Shown piece after piece: positions 1 to 12,599 of a DNA stretch of 64,000 nucleotides. Position 1 is the first letter of the stretch. The number at the start of each line of letters is the position of its first letter. Source of the stretch: Lama glama. Taxonomy: Eukaryota. The notes beneath the pieces are model-generated. The model was not told where the DNA came from. It ran no database searches and saw only the letters and a program-made list of their open reading frames with translations. Where the stretch lies: contig CM052817.1 of assembly GCA_028534125.1 (NCBI GenBank), positions 107,820,001 to 107,884,000 of the forward strand. The letters run 5' to 3'. The position numbers were made by a program, and so were the translations under genes.

Positions 1-906
1 GAAGAGATGAAGGAACATAGGACAGAAGAGAACTGTTTTGGTCCAGGTTACCTAAGAGACAGCCTCAGAGATGGAAATTCAGTTGCAGGAAGTTCACTGA
101 GGATGGGCCTCCAGGGAGGAGGCAGCACCAGGGAGGGAGTGAGGAGAGCACAGCTGGGGAGAGGCAGGTGTCAGACGACAGCTCACAGCCTCCATCCCTG
201 CCACCAGGACTGCCCTCTGAGATGCCCACTGGGTCAGCATTCGAGCTGCCATGATGCCGACAAGGTGATGCCAACAGTCACAGTCATTTTGTCTAACTGG
301 CTCTTAAGATGTCAAAGCTGGGTGCCCTCTGGGCAGTGACAGATCTCCATGTATCAAGGTCTTCGTGCATCTTCCACACACCTCCTGTCTCCGCATTCTA
401 ATCTTCTCCCAGGCCCCTGTCCAATCAGCCACGCCTTTGCCCACCACCTTGGAGTCAATGTGTATGTCTCCCTCATATTCTGTCTGCAGAGTGGATGACC
501 AGCTGAAATTATAAGAGCCCTGTGGGTGGATGCCTCCTCAACGCTGTCTTTCAGGGCCAGTGTGCAGCCATAGTCCATTTTTGGCTTTTACTCCCACACC
601 CCTAAGCCAGTTCAGACCTTCAGATCCCATCTTTTGGTTGTAAGGACACTCTGCACTGGTGCAGTGAGTGACAGCAAAGGGTTTGGACCACCTGCTCCTG
701 TTCAGCCTCCCTCTTTCCTGCTCTGCCTGGTCCCTTGTGTACCACTCCTGTCTTGTGATGAACTGCCGCTGAGTCTGCTTGCACTTAAGACCTTTCAGGT
801 GTGGCAGATCCCAGTTCCTGGGGGCAGTGCTGGCTGCACAGTCTCTCAACGTCTCCTAGTCAGTTATTCTGTTTCCATCAAGACCCAGAAGCAGGCCAAG
901 AGCTGA

Positions 907-1285
907 TTTTTTTTAATTAATTGAACTATTATCAGTTACAATGTGTCAATTTCTGGTGTGCAGCACAATGTCCCAGTCATGCATACACATATATAGATTC
1001 ATTTTCACATTCTTTTTCTTTTCTTTTTTTTTCTCGTGAAAACTATTTATTTTTTTTAACATTTTTTATTGATTTATATCACATTCTTTTTCATTAAAGA
1101 TTATTACAAGCTATTAAATATAGTTCCCTGGGCTATACAGAAGAATTTGGTTTTTTATCTATTTTTATATATAGCGGTTATCATTTGCAAATCTAAGACT
1201 CCCAAATTCACCCCGTCCCATCTCCTTTCCCCCAGTAACCATAAGATGGTTTACTATGTCTGCAAGTCTATTTCTGTTTTGCAGA
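907..1285 (-). mobile_element. L1 LINE 3' UTR fragment (artiodactyl/camelid type), interrupted at 1019-1078 by a younger micro-insertion
   Basis: Poly-T start, then typical antisense L1 3' UTR text (ttacaatgtgtcaatttctggtgtgcagc...ttattacaagctattaaatatagttccctgggctatacag...gtctatttctgttttg). Confidence 0.85.
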
Positions 1286-2689
1286 TTTTTAAATAACGTG
1301 CAATTCTCTGTGGTAGATTGCAGGTTTGGCTGAAGAGTCCTAGGTTTCTAATTGTGATTCTCCTCTGCTCTAACCTCTATGTGACATCTTTCTCCCTGAC
1401 AGGTACCTGAAACCTTATTTTCCCCCGGGTCCTCTGACTCAGCAGCAGGGCCGCCTGCCCCACAGCCGGGTCAGGAGAAGAGCCCCGTCCTGCTTAGCGT
1501 TCACTGAAGGACAAGTCTTCCCTGTCACTCAGTAATGGGTCACAATCTGAAGAACCAGCAGAGACAGCCCTTTCTTTTCCAAGGCAGAAGCACACTATGC
1601 AGTGATGTGTCCTTTAGTTTGCAGTGGATGGTTGGGTATGCCCCACCCCGGAAACTCCCCTGCTGTGCAGGTGCTTGCATCATTATATGTTTTATTTTCT
1701 GGCCTCTGGACTGCATCTGCCTTATCAGAGCCTTTCACATTTAGCTACTTCTTGCTCATGCAATATGATTGGCACGAAGTTATTCATACACTGCACCACT
1801 GCCATGTTTTCAAGAATGCCCAAATGTGTGGCAAAAGATGTTTCCATATGTATTTTTTTCGCTCAAATGTTTTTATTTTTAATTTGCAAAATAGGTAAAA
1901 AATTCTAAAAATGACATTTTTCTCTTATGTTTTTAATTGTAATTTAGTTTCATTTCATTAAAATAGAAAATTATCTTGCATAGAGCCTAGAGAATCCAAT
2001 AGGAAGTGTAGTTACACAGCACCATCCTTTGACTCTGGAAGAGGGCCCTTCCATGGGCCCCACGTCTTGGAGGGTCACTGGCTACAGGAGAACCCTGCGT
2101 GGCCTGTGCCCACACAGATAGCGCCCTGTTCCACCCTCCAGACCCCAACTCCAGCTTCCGAGATCTCAGAATTTCCCACCCAAACAACCCCGAGCACATT
2201 TCCAGACACTGATTCCTTGCCTAGGGTCTGTCTTCCTAGACCTCACTTTCCTTTGTCCCTTGAAAAGATTCAAGGTTAGGTATTTTCCTTAAAATGGAAT
2301 TGTTCAAAACAGACAAGAAAAAATACTTAGGGGAATTTTCATTTGCTCTCCAGCTGCGGGGAGAGTGCTCTGTTTATAGGAAACTGTAGTGAGGAAGCCT
2401 TTTCCAAGTTTCAGTTCCAGGAAGAGTTTCCCTTCTCCTTGCTTGGGAGACGAGTGACATTCAGTGCTTTGCTGAACATCTGGGTTCCAGACGCCCCTTT
2501 TCAACGTTTTCCCAGAGAAATTAAACAGCTAGTCAGGTCCCACCCTTATGACATAGACACAAAAATGGGAGTGCCAATGTGTGTTGATTGGTATGGATAA
2601 TTTGCATATAAATAACATATTATGCATTATATTATGTACATATATTTTATAATTTATATATAAATTATGGTCCTTCTCATCGTTTAAAC

Positions 2690-2795
2690 ATTTCTTTATT
2701 TTTTAATTTAAAAAATTTTTAATGGTGGTACTGGGGATTGAACCCAGGACTTCAGGCATGCTAAGCACACGCTCTACGATGGAGCTATACCCCCC
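2690..2795 (-). mobile_element. Vic-1-type tRNA-derived SINE
   Basis: Antisense tRNA-like head ggtactggggattgaacccaggac...gagctatacccccc with an AT-rich tail on the left. Confidence 0.9.
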
Positions 2796-2811
2796 CAACT
2801 CCTCTTTTTAA

Positions 2812-2945
2812 ATTTTTTTTTTTGCAGTGGGTGGGTGGTAATTGGGTTTATTTATCGATTTATATTTAAATAGAGGTACTGGGGGTTGAACCCAGGACCT
2901 TGTGCTTGCTAAGCATGAGCTCTGCCACTCAGCTATCCCTTACCC
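2812..2945 (-). mobile_element. Vic-1-type SINE, in tandem with the previous copy
   Basis: Poly-T, ggtaattgggtttattt tail, gaggtactgggggttgaacccaggaccttgtgcttgctaagcatg...ctcagctatccc. Confidence 0.9.
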
Positions 2946-4840
2946 TGTTAGAAATGTAAATATTACGTTTTCTAATGATGTGGTAGTTTCTAAACACAGA
3001 ACTCCTATTTGGGTTGCACTGGATAGTTTCTCTCACAGAAGCGTGCGCAAGGGCAGTAAAAAATAGGCTTCGGTGTTGATGATGAGAATACTGATTGACG
3101 GCGGTGTACTTCAGTAATTTTTGCAACACTTCGGGAAGGTGTAATTATAGCAGACAAAGAGCTCTGTTTGAAAGAATGTGATGTATTCCTTATAACTTGC
3201 AACCAAACGAGGTAATTATTCTCAGTTATTTAAATTTAAGGATTTGTTCCCTTGAAGCCTGGAAACCCATCTGTGCTGTGCCTGAGTCTCATTTCCCTGA
3301 TGCTAAATGCCAGGGCACTCAGCACTGTCATCTCCACTGCAGAAGCTGTATTCAAATGAGAGCTGTTTGCAGTTGCTGTAAACTTAAAGCCATCTTCAGA
3401 GTCCTTGAGTTTTCCTACGCCTGGTTCCCAAATCTCACATGTGTATCCACAGACTCTCCTTGTTGTTGCCTTGTGAGACGCCCTCTTCCCCATTCAGCCT
3501 CGCCTCTTGAGCTCTCGCTCCTAAAATCACCTGGAGACCAGTTGGCGTGAGTCATGAGCAGAAGGTGAACAGCACGGAGACATGATATGACAGACACACT
3601 CTGCTCATCTTCATGTCTGAACGATGCTTAGTATCTGGACCAAAACCAAAACAAACCGAACAAAAAATTCTGAAGCCGAGAAGCCCCCATCCTCACACAC
3701 TACGAGCCACTTCACGACGGACGCCTTCCTTTCGTGATGGAAACCAAGCTCCAGTTCTTCCTTTGGTCTCCTCCATGCAAGTGAAATACCAGTAAGTTGG
3801 AGTTTAGCTTCTGGTACCTGCCTATGGCTGCCTGGTGGCCCCAGTGTGGTCCTGGGGACAACCAAGAGTAATCATGTCTGTGCTGCCTTGAGCCTACTTC
3901 CTCTTCGCTGTTCTCAGTGTGCAAAATACATTTTTTCCTACTATTCTTTGGAAAAGAAACAGCAAGTACTCCACCAAGATGCTTGTCATTTCTCAAGCAA
4001 GATGCACATTTCCTCCTTATTCTCTCCCAACTTTACCTAGTGCCATTTTTAAAACACATTCACCTCTTACATCTCCCTTCCCTGCCTTTTCTCCTGAGGA
4101 GAACTTGGGAAAATTGATACATCCACCCCGGTAAACCCCATTCCTTTATTTTCTTGAATGAGCCAACACCCCCAGTTCAATAATATTATTAGGATTCCCA
4201 CTATACTATATTTCATCTGTTTCCAGGGTTTTATCTAACTTTCTGTTGCCAATTCCAAGACAGTCTTTTTTTTTTTTTTCCGTTCAAGATTTAATTATTT
4301 GTATTTATTCATTGCAAGCAGAAATTGTGCAAGCCTTTGAATGCGGCAGGGACCCTGACAAGCTCCTCCACCTGGGTTGTCTCTGTCTTTGATTCTGAGT
4401 GGGCTGTTTTATAACTCTACAGAGAGAGATGTTAATTTGTAGAAAACCGAGCATAATGCAAATCATTTCTGCCCATTGAAATGCAGATTGCGACGAGTGG
4501 AATGCAACCAGCCATTGCCCTGAGAACATTGACTAGTTCTGCCAGTTTCCCATCCCTTTATAAGTTCATTTCCGCCGTCCTTATCTGATTATAAATCTGC
4601 ACTCCTTTATCAGTTCTCCTTTCAATCATGTGACATTTTTCTCTCTTCCACATTAATTAATTAAATAGTAATCATTGGTAATTCAATAAAACTTTTGACC
4701 GACATTCATTTTAAATTTGTATGAGATTCACAATTTTGTCTTTTTTGGAGAATTATTCTTTATGATCCTTTCCCAAAGCTTCAACCTGACTCTCTAGAAA
4801 TTTACTCAGCCCATTTGGAAAAATTCTACTCCAGTCCTCT

Positions 4841-5541
4841 TATAATGGTGCAGGTCTTGCCTTGCCAGTACAGATTCCCCACCACACCCTCATCCTCATC
4901 CTCTGTCTGCCTCTTGTCTGTAGAAAAACTTTAGCCAAAAATAAATTTAATCAGAGAAATGAGAAAATGCAGAAACAAAAGAAAACAGTCAAATAAGACA
5001 AAATAATACTAGCTGAGTCATTAAACAAAATCAAGGACTTTTAGCTCCTCCTCATGGGCTATAGGTAATACTCTGAGCCATATCCTTGGAGCTGTGTTGT
5101 AGATATTGAAACATACCCCAGGTAGAAGACGTTAACTATGTGATGACCAGACTGTAGCCATGAGGTGAGCTGCCACAATTCTGAGAACTGGCCTAGAGAA
5201 GATGGGAAAAACAACTGACCCTGGAACTGAAGATTAATCGTACTTAAAACAATCAGGCTGATCTTGATCAGACCCCCACATGACTGATTCCAAGATGACT
5301 GTCAGAGCTGACCGTGCTGCTCTGCACACAGCCCCCGTCTCCTGCCTCTGCACCCTTGAAACTCCCCTTTAAAATCTCTTGCCCCTGATTGGCAATGAGA
5401 AGTTGGTTCTCTGGGACACGAGTCCACCTTCTCCCCAGGATTGTTGGCTTCCTCAATAAAGCTGTCTTTCCTTTTACCCAATACTTGTCTTTTAGTACTG
5501 GATTCTTGGGTGACAAACAGCCAAACCTGAGTTCAGTAACA
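4841..5541 (+). mobile_element. Solo ERV1-class LTR
   Basis: TATA-like tttaaaa near 5368, AATAAA at 5455-5460, ends gttcagtaaca; flanks ctct/ctgt are a possible degenerate 4-bp TSD. The 5' boundary is uncertain. Confidence 0.7.
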
Positions 5542-7220
5542 CTGTCTCCTGGAACCCATCAGAGGCCACACCCATCCGTGCTCAGCTCCTCAGAGGTCCC
5601 AAGGGCAGCGTTAATCAGGAGTGGCAGACAGCTTGGAATGGCAGTCAGGAGAGGGGAGCTCCCTTCAGGTCACCTGTATCCCAGAACCCTTTTTTATTTG
5701 TATTTCAAAGGCAGGTGACTAATAACAGCACAAGAAACATGTATCTGAATAAAATCTTTAAAAACTATCGCCCAGTACTTATTTTAAAAGACAGTTGAAT
5801 CAGTTGTAGGACTGGAGAGCTTGTACATACAATGCAGAGCTGAAAGGACCTTTAAGAGATTATAGGATAGGGTTTCGCGGCCGGATGTATCTCCATGGCT
5901 TGGGTAAAACAACTGAGTCAGCATTTAAATGCATCTTGCTCAGTTTCAGTTTTAAACTCTCTTTTCTAGATGTCTTTTTCTCGCCTTTATTTTCTTTTTT
6001 ATGGACCTGTATTTTCCCCTATACTTTTTAAATGGTTGGTCATGCAGATTAGTTTACTAAGGACAACCGCCCCATGAAATTACAAATTTTCAGAAACCAT
6101 GTGCTTTTCAAAACATGTTTTCAGAAAGAATGTTCACTGTATAACATTTCATGAGTTACCTAAAAGAAGGCCCCATGTCATCTCATGCTTAATTACCTTA
6201 TTTTTTATTCACCTGGATTTTGAAAATTTCCTAAAAGCTATTTAATATCTCCAGCCAACTGAGCTCTAGATCCGCTCCCTTTCCTAGCTTTGAAACAAAA
6301 AGTCACCAAGGACTCAAGATTTCAGGGACTAGATTAATAAGTGCTTTCAAAGCGAGCTCCATGTAGCATTAGTTTTCCTGCCGTGGGTCCCCTTCCTGTG
6401 CCTCACTGTGTCTCATCATCCCCCCCCCCCCAGCTGCTGCGAGTGCAGGGAGCACAGGTTGCATCATTTTTCATGATTCCTCAGGCTCCTAGGGGAGCAG
6501 CAGGGTTGGACTGCTGGCTGGAGCATACACATGTGGTTCCCTCCATCCTGTGAGGTGGGGCAGGTCAACAGCCTTCCTAGGTGCAGGACGTGGCTAGGAA
6601 TCAGTGGATCGGGAGATGGCTGTGAAAATCAAAGACAAGGTGCAGTGTTGGGCATTGATGTTGCCTCTTATTTCTGTGCCAGCTCCCCCGATGGATGCTG
6701 AGCAAGAGATGGAATGAATGAATACTGGGCTGGCACCCAAAATGCAATGTGTCAATATCTGGAGCTGTATTGTGCCTCGTCTTCAGTTCTCGTTAGTGTG
6801 ACTAGAAGGTGTGTCCACTTCAAGCTCTTGGAGTGCATGTCACTGGCCCTCTGAACCAATGGAAAGGAAACATGTTTCAGTTTATGGATACCTTAGACTT
6901 TAATGCTGTCACCTTAATAGGGACCCACAATTTTAGAGCTATGTTTACAGTTAAATAAGTCACAACATTGTATCTCAACTTCATTACAAAATTGAGAAAA
7001 TCTGCAGTTTCTAGGTTATCGGTTGGAACAATCTTTCTTATGTAACTATACATGCATCTTCAATGACCTCCGTGAGCAACTGTGTTATTTGGACCCGACT
7101 CTGAATGCTCTTGTTTATGAGATCATGACTGTCTTTGTCTATGACATTTTGTTTTGCCTTCCTATTATATATAGCTCAGTGAAATTCTAGTTAATAAAGA
7201 CTGCTTTCTCCCACTCTACA

Positions 7221-7370
7221 TTGTTTTATTTTTATTTCATTTTATTTATTTATTTTTGCTGGGGGTAGGTAATTTGGCTATTTATTTGTTTATGTTAATG
7301 GAGGTACTGGGGATTGAACCTAAGACCTTGTGCATGCTAGGCACACACTCTACAACTGAGCTATACCTTC
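7221..7370 (-). mobile_element. Vic-1-type SINE
   Basis: ggaggtactggggattgaacctaagaccttgtgcatgctaggcacacactctacaactgagctatacc with a T-rich tail. Confidence 0.9.
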
Positions 7371-7688
7371 ATCCTTTAAACTGTTATTTCATGTCTTTGT
7401 AGCCTTGGAAGTTCTAACAGGGGCACTCACCTCTTTTCATATTCTCCACTGATGAAGACTTTCCCTTCTAAAGGAACATCTACAGAGGAGGTTTGCAGAG
7501 GGAGAGTGAGGGGTAGTAAGCATGGAGGAAGAGGTGTCTACCTCGTAGGCAGAGCAGCAGAACAGTTCCAGCAGTTAGCTTGTTCCCACTGCTGGAGTCA
7601 GGTTGACCTCTCACTCCACTGAAGACCTTCCTTCAGATGAACTCCCTTACTAGACAGATATCAGTGTATTCCAGAATTGTGACAAGAC

Positions 7689-8035
7689 TGTGTTACTTAG
7701 GGTAATTCTAGCTGCTGTAACAAAGAGTTTGAGTCTGTAATAAGGATAGCAGTGCTTTCTGGACTGAAGAGAAGAATTCATTTATTGCTCACTTAGTCTT
7801 AAGCGGGTGTTCTTGGTTAGCTGGTGACCCTCTTCCAGTTGGTGATTCTCAGAGAGATGCTTCTTCCATCTCATGGCTTGACTTTCCCACAGACCTTGGT
7901 GTCATTTGCCACCAACCAAGAGGAGGAAGAAATGAAAGAAAGAACGCTTGTACCTTTCAGTTTCGGAAAGGAAGTGATACAGGTCACTTCCACTCACATT
8001 CCATTGGCAACAAGTCACATGTGGGAAGTGTGGCT
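7689..8035 (-). mobile_element. Old MaLR LTR (MLT1-like) fragment
   Basis: tagctgctgtaacaaa terminus and tcacttccactcacattccattggc motif, typical of antisense MLT1 elements. Confidence 0.55.
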
Positions 8036-8074
8036 CCTGGTTTGACAACTAATTTCCAAGCAAAAACTATAGAG

Positions 8075-8550
8075 CAGGAACTCTTCATTTTGATGTGCTT
8101 CTCTTTACTCCACTTTGCAGATGTTGCAATTTCTACAAATCGAAGGTTTATGGCAACCTTGACCCATGTCAAATCTATTGGCACCATTTTTTTCAACAGC
8201 ATATGCTCACCTCCTGTCTCTGTGCTACATTTCGGTAATTTTCACAATACTTCAAACTTTTTCATTATTATTATATATTTATTATGGAGATCTTTGTTCA
8301 GTGGTCTTTTGATGTCACTGCTTCGACTCGCTGAAGGGTCAGTCAGGCTTAGCATTTCTTTAGCAATAAATAAATATTTTTTAATTAAGGCATGTACATA
8401 CCTTAGACAAGATGTTACCGCACACTTGATAGACTCCAGCCTAGTGTAGACATCACTTTTATATGCATGGGAAACCAAGATTTTATGTGCTTCCATAGCT
8501 TTATTGCGGTGGTCTGGAACTGAGTCTGCACTATCTCCAAGGTCTGCTTG
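8075..8550 (+). mobile_element. Internally deleted Tigger1 DNA transposon (TcMar-Tigger, Tigger1a-like)
   Basis: Tigger1 left-end text (tacaaatcgaaggtttatggcaacc...aacagcatatgctcac) is joined directly to right-end text (cgactcgctgaagg...gctttattgcggtggtctggaac...atctccaaggtctgcttg) followed by TA. No transposase remains. Confidence 0.85.
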
Positions 8551-9954
8551 TACCATAAAAGAGAGAAAACAGATGTTGACAGACAGCTAGCAGGCTGTAA
8601 CTCAGTCAAAATTAACTGTGGTCAGCAGCATTAGACCACAAGCTTTTTTTAGTGGTCTTTTAAATTATGATTATCCAATTCTCAGGTTAAAAAAAAACAA
8701 ACACTGACAATGAGAATAGCTTCCATGTATATGCCATGACTTTCTATTGTAACTTTTAAGTTCATAATAAATTATTGATCTACAGAATAATTATTTTCAT
8801 TTGCCAATGCATGTGTGTTTTTCTCATAGCTTTCATGCCTCAGAAACACTGAAGTCCGAAGTCAAAATGGTGAATAAACAACAGAGAAAAAATTGACACA
8901 TTCCCTAATTCACTTTAAATATAAATGACTTCAATTTTATTCTGAGGGTGGCTGGGTATATGGATCTAAAGGCAGAATCAAATTCCAGATTCATTTTATA
9001 AAAAACAGCTTTTTAAATAGGTGTCGAGGAGACCCTCAAGATGGAAATACTCAATGTTTGTCAATTTCTATTGATGTTGGTTTTCATGGTCAAATAAAGG
9101 TACTGCAAATGTCATGGTTGTAGCATATTTCACAATGTCACCTGAGGAACATAACTGGTTAATTTGCGGCAATTTTTGCATGAATGAAGTTTAGATTTTG
9201 TGAGTTCATATATTTCTTCTTTAAGGAATAGCTCTTCCCAGTCCCACAAAAGGCTGTGTCAACTTGATGAAGTTTTAAGATGCTTGGGAGATTAAATATT
9301 GTATTTGGAACAAGCACGTCTATTTTAAAAGCTCTACAACGAAATAAAGAGAACATACTTCCTCTTTTTCCTCCCTTAATTCCCACTATGATCTTTCTGC
9401 TTTGAATGTTTTAAATCTATTATTTAATCCTACTTTGAATTCTCATAAGTTTTATGGTAACGTTCTGTATTTAGTTAGGTTACTGTGGTGTCGATGAATT
9501 GATTGCAAGACTCTAATAAGGAAATGTGTTATTTGCATATGAGAAATAAAAAGCAATCTTGAACTTTTAGCAGAATTTTAAATCTCCTTTACTTATGTTC
9601 TAGTCCTCCTATTCATCTCTAATGAGAGAAGATTCTTTTTGGCTAACAGAGATCCTGTTGCTTGAGAAAAGGACATGCTTATGCTGTGATTATTGAATGT
9701 GGGTCAAACAATTAAATGAAAAATACATTTGATTGAGATTTTGAAGCAGTTGGGAATTGCAGCATGCTATCCTTTGAACATTCTTGAATTTAAGGACCTA
9801 AGGTTGGTACATAAAGAGGGATGACAACAGAGTGATCCTCAAAATATTTCTGTATGTGAGGAAAGAGGAAGCAATAACATGAAGGTTATATGGATGCTTT
9901 TGATGTCCTTTGCCATTTCCCCAAATATTAAGAGGGTCAAGAACATTAGAACAG

Positions 9955-10100
9955 AGAGGGCAGGGTATAGCTCAGGGGTAGAGTGCATGCTTAGAATACA
10001 TGAGGTCCTGGGTTCAATCCCCCCTACCTCTATTAAAAAAATTAAATAAAACAAACCTACTTACCTCACCCCCTAAAAAAAAAGAACAAAAAAGGGGGGT
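9955..10100 (+). mobile_element. Vic-1-type SINE
   Basis: gggtatagctcaggggtagagtgcatgcttag...gaggtcctgggttcaatcccc, A-rich tail; flanks cattagaaca / catcagaaca are a likely TSD. Confidence 0.92.
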
Positions 10101-10207
10101 GCATCAGAACAAAGGCTGTTTTTTATTTTCAGAGTTTTAACAGCATGATTGAAGCAGTCACAGAACTCAGGCATCGGAACTAAAGACAACTTTTTGTCAA
10201 ATGAACT

Positions 10208-10745
10208 CTTTTTTTTTTAAATTGAGTTATAGTCAGGTTACAATGTTGTACAAATTTCAGTGTAGGGCACAAGTTTTCAGTTATACATGAACATACATAT
10301 ATTCATTGTCACATTCTTTTTCGCTGTGAGCTACCACAAGATCTTGTATATATTTCCCTGTGCTATACAGTGTAATCTTGTTTATCTATTCTACATATGC
10401 CTGTCAGTATCTACAAATTCTAAACTCCCAGTCTATCCCTTCCCACTCCCCTCTCCCGGCAACCGCAAGTTTGTGTTCTTGTCTGTGAGCCTGTTTCTGT
10501 TTTGTTTTCTGGCTTCACTTAGAACGACATTTTCCTGGGATATCCATAAAAATGACAACATAACACTGCAAATGGCATTATGTTGTCATTTTTATGGCTG
10601 AATAGTGTTCCATTGCATAAATATACCACAACTTCTTTATCCAGTCATTTGTCGATGGACATTTAGGCTGTTTTGATGCTTTGGCTGTTGTAAATAGTGC
10701 TGCTATGAACATTGGGGTGCAGGTGTCTTTTTGAAGTAGGGTTCA
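10208..10745 (-). mobile_element. Camelid-type L1 3' end (3' UTR plus the end of ORF2)
   Basis: Poly-T, then attgagttatagtcaggttacaatgttg..., ending in gatggacatttaggctg...aatagtgctgctatgaacattggggtgcaggtgtcttt. Confidence 0.88.
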
Positions 10746-11789
10746 TTAACAAGATTTACTAGCTAGGTCATAATTTTACGAGATTCCTCCCATCATAAGT
10801 CCCCAAAGTTTGCCTTACACCTCTTTAGCTCCAAGAAAATTATACATCCTTGAGCAAAAGCGCTATTTTTGGTCAAATACAGTAAAGGTGATATACTGAT
10901 AAGGAAGAAGAAGCGTCAGCCTCACCGTGTGCTCTGTGGAGGACAGCAAACTTTTCCAAAATTACAGATCATTTGAAATCTGCACAGAGTTATCAATCCA
11001 GGCTTCCTCTCCATGGGAAGCTCCTTGGCCTTCTGGAATCCTGAAAGATGTTGAAAGTACAGAGATAGTTTTTGTTTATGCTCTTAATGAGGATTTTTTA
11101 TCAGTCTCTCTTTTCCAAATGAGGGAATGAAGGCCTGGGAGATCTTGGGAAATTATGAAAGCGCACCGGGCTAGTAGGTACAGATATTGGGGCGTGACTC
11201 AAAGCCCGGGTCCTATTTGGCTCTTTGAGGTGATGCTCCGTGTTTTACTGCCTGGAAGATCAGTTCAGGGCATACAGGGACTGATCAATACTCTCTTTCC
11301 ACCAATAGTGTCAATTAGAAATTAACTTCTTTTAATTGACTCCTGATAAAAATGCAGATCACCTACTCGATTCATATTTTGGGAATTGATGTGTCAAGTG
11401 TAGATGACTTGAATCATTAGTCACAGGGCCTTAGAGATCACTGTCTCTATCCAGTGCAACAGTGCCCTCTACAACTTCCTTGATTAAGAGGGGCCTTTTA
11501 GACACTTTCAGAAATTTTGACCATACCAAGTAGCCCTGCCTGGTCTCATTTTAGATAATAATCCCTTTATTTGAGCCAATTCTGCTTTCTTAAAAACTTT
11601 CTGTCTTTCAGGTAAATCAATGTAGTATTTAAAGAACAAAACTTTGGGGTCAGATGGCCATGGACCCCCTTCCTAGCTTGCAAACTCCTTGCTTAAAATT
11701 TAAATGAATGCTTCTGAGAACAAGTGTCCAAATGGCCCTCCTTCCGGGAATTCGGACAGAGGAGGATCAATCAGCTTTCCCACCAGCAC

Positions 11790-12050
11790 CCGAGGTCACT
11801 CTGAGGGTCATCGATTTTCCACTTAGCCAGACATTGGGAAGATCAGGGTCATCAAAGGGCATGTGTGAGTCACTCTTATCGGCCATGCCCAGAAGTGGAG
11901 TGTGACACTTTCAGTACAAGGTCATTGGCTGGACTTTAGTCATGTGGCTACATCTAATAACAGAAAAGGCTGGAAATAAAATCTAGAAATGTGAACAGAA
12001 AAGACAAGTATGTTGTGGAATTTGGTAGTCAGTGAGCAATGTCTACTGTA
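11790..12050 (-). mobile_element. Old MLT1-like MaLR fragment
   Basis: cattggctggactttagtcatgtggctacatcta...aggctggaaa motif. Confidence 0.4.
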
Positions 12051-12349
12051 AAGAAATCTTGCTGTTGTTTCTTTTTTTTTAAAGCATGTTTGGTTATAAA
12101 ATTAACACAAAAATATAGTCTCTTCAAGAATAATCAAAATATTCCAGATAAATGTTAAAGTTTGCTTTGATTACTAAAATTACTTCTAGTCTTCCTCAGG
12201 GCATAACTGCAGCAAGACGTTTTAATTGTCGATTGTCACACATTCAGTTCTTTTTAATAGAAGAGACACAATCACTGGGAATCTAGGTCGAAGGAAGTAT
12301 GCAGTAGCTTGTGTAACAGTCACAGTCACAGAATGCTCACGCCACATGT

Positions 12350-12520
12350 CCACTCTTGGGAGAGCCTGGCACATTGTTTCATCAGAACAATATGCCAGGC
12401 AGGGATCACTGTTACTATCCTTATTTTGCAGATGAACAAACTGAGGCACAGGAAGCTTAGTAAAGTGTTCAAGCTCACGGAATAACTAATGCCTTACAGC
12501 TCTGACGTTGAACTTGGTGC
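12350..12520 (-). mobile_element. MIR SINE
   Basis: MIR core antisense: ttattttgcagatgaacaaactgaggcacag. Confidence 0.75.
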
Positions 12521-12599
12521 TGGTTTCCTCCAGGGTGTGTAGTTTTCCAGGGTTCCTCACTGCTTCTGCCAGAAATGGTACACGATCAACTCCAGTCAC

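Noticed and set aside
1435..5926. AP-1/Maf-type motifs TGACTCAGCA (1435-1444) and TGAGTCAGCA (5914-5923)
   Set aside because: Isolated 10-mers with no supporting context; chance occurrence cannot be excluded.
8021..8556. 142-aa and 104-aa ORFs
   Set aside because: They lie across the non-coding termini of a Tigger1 deletion derivative and show no transposase motifs.
9955..10030. tRNA-like sequences (A and B boxes) here and at eight other sites
   Set aside because: Each is followed by the SINE tail and often a TSD, and the copies are diverged; they are SINE heads, not tRNA genes.
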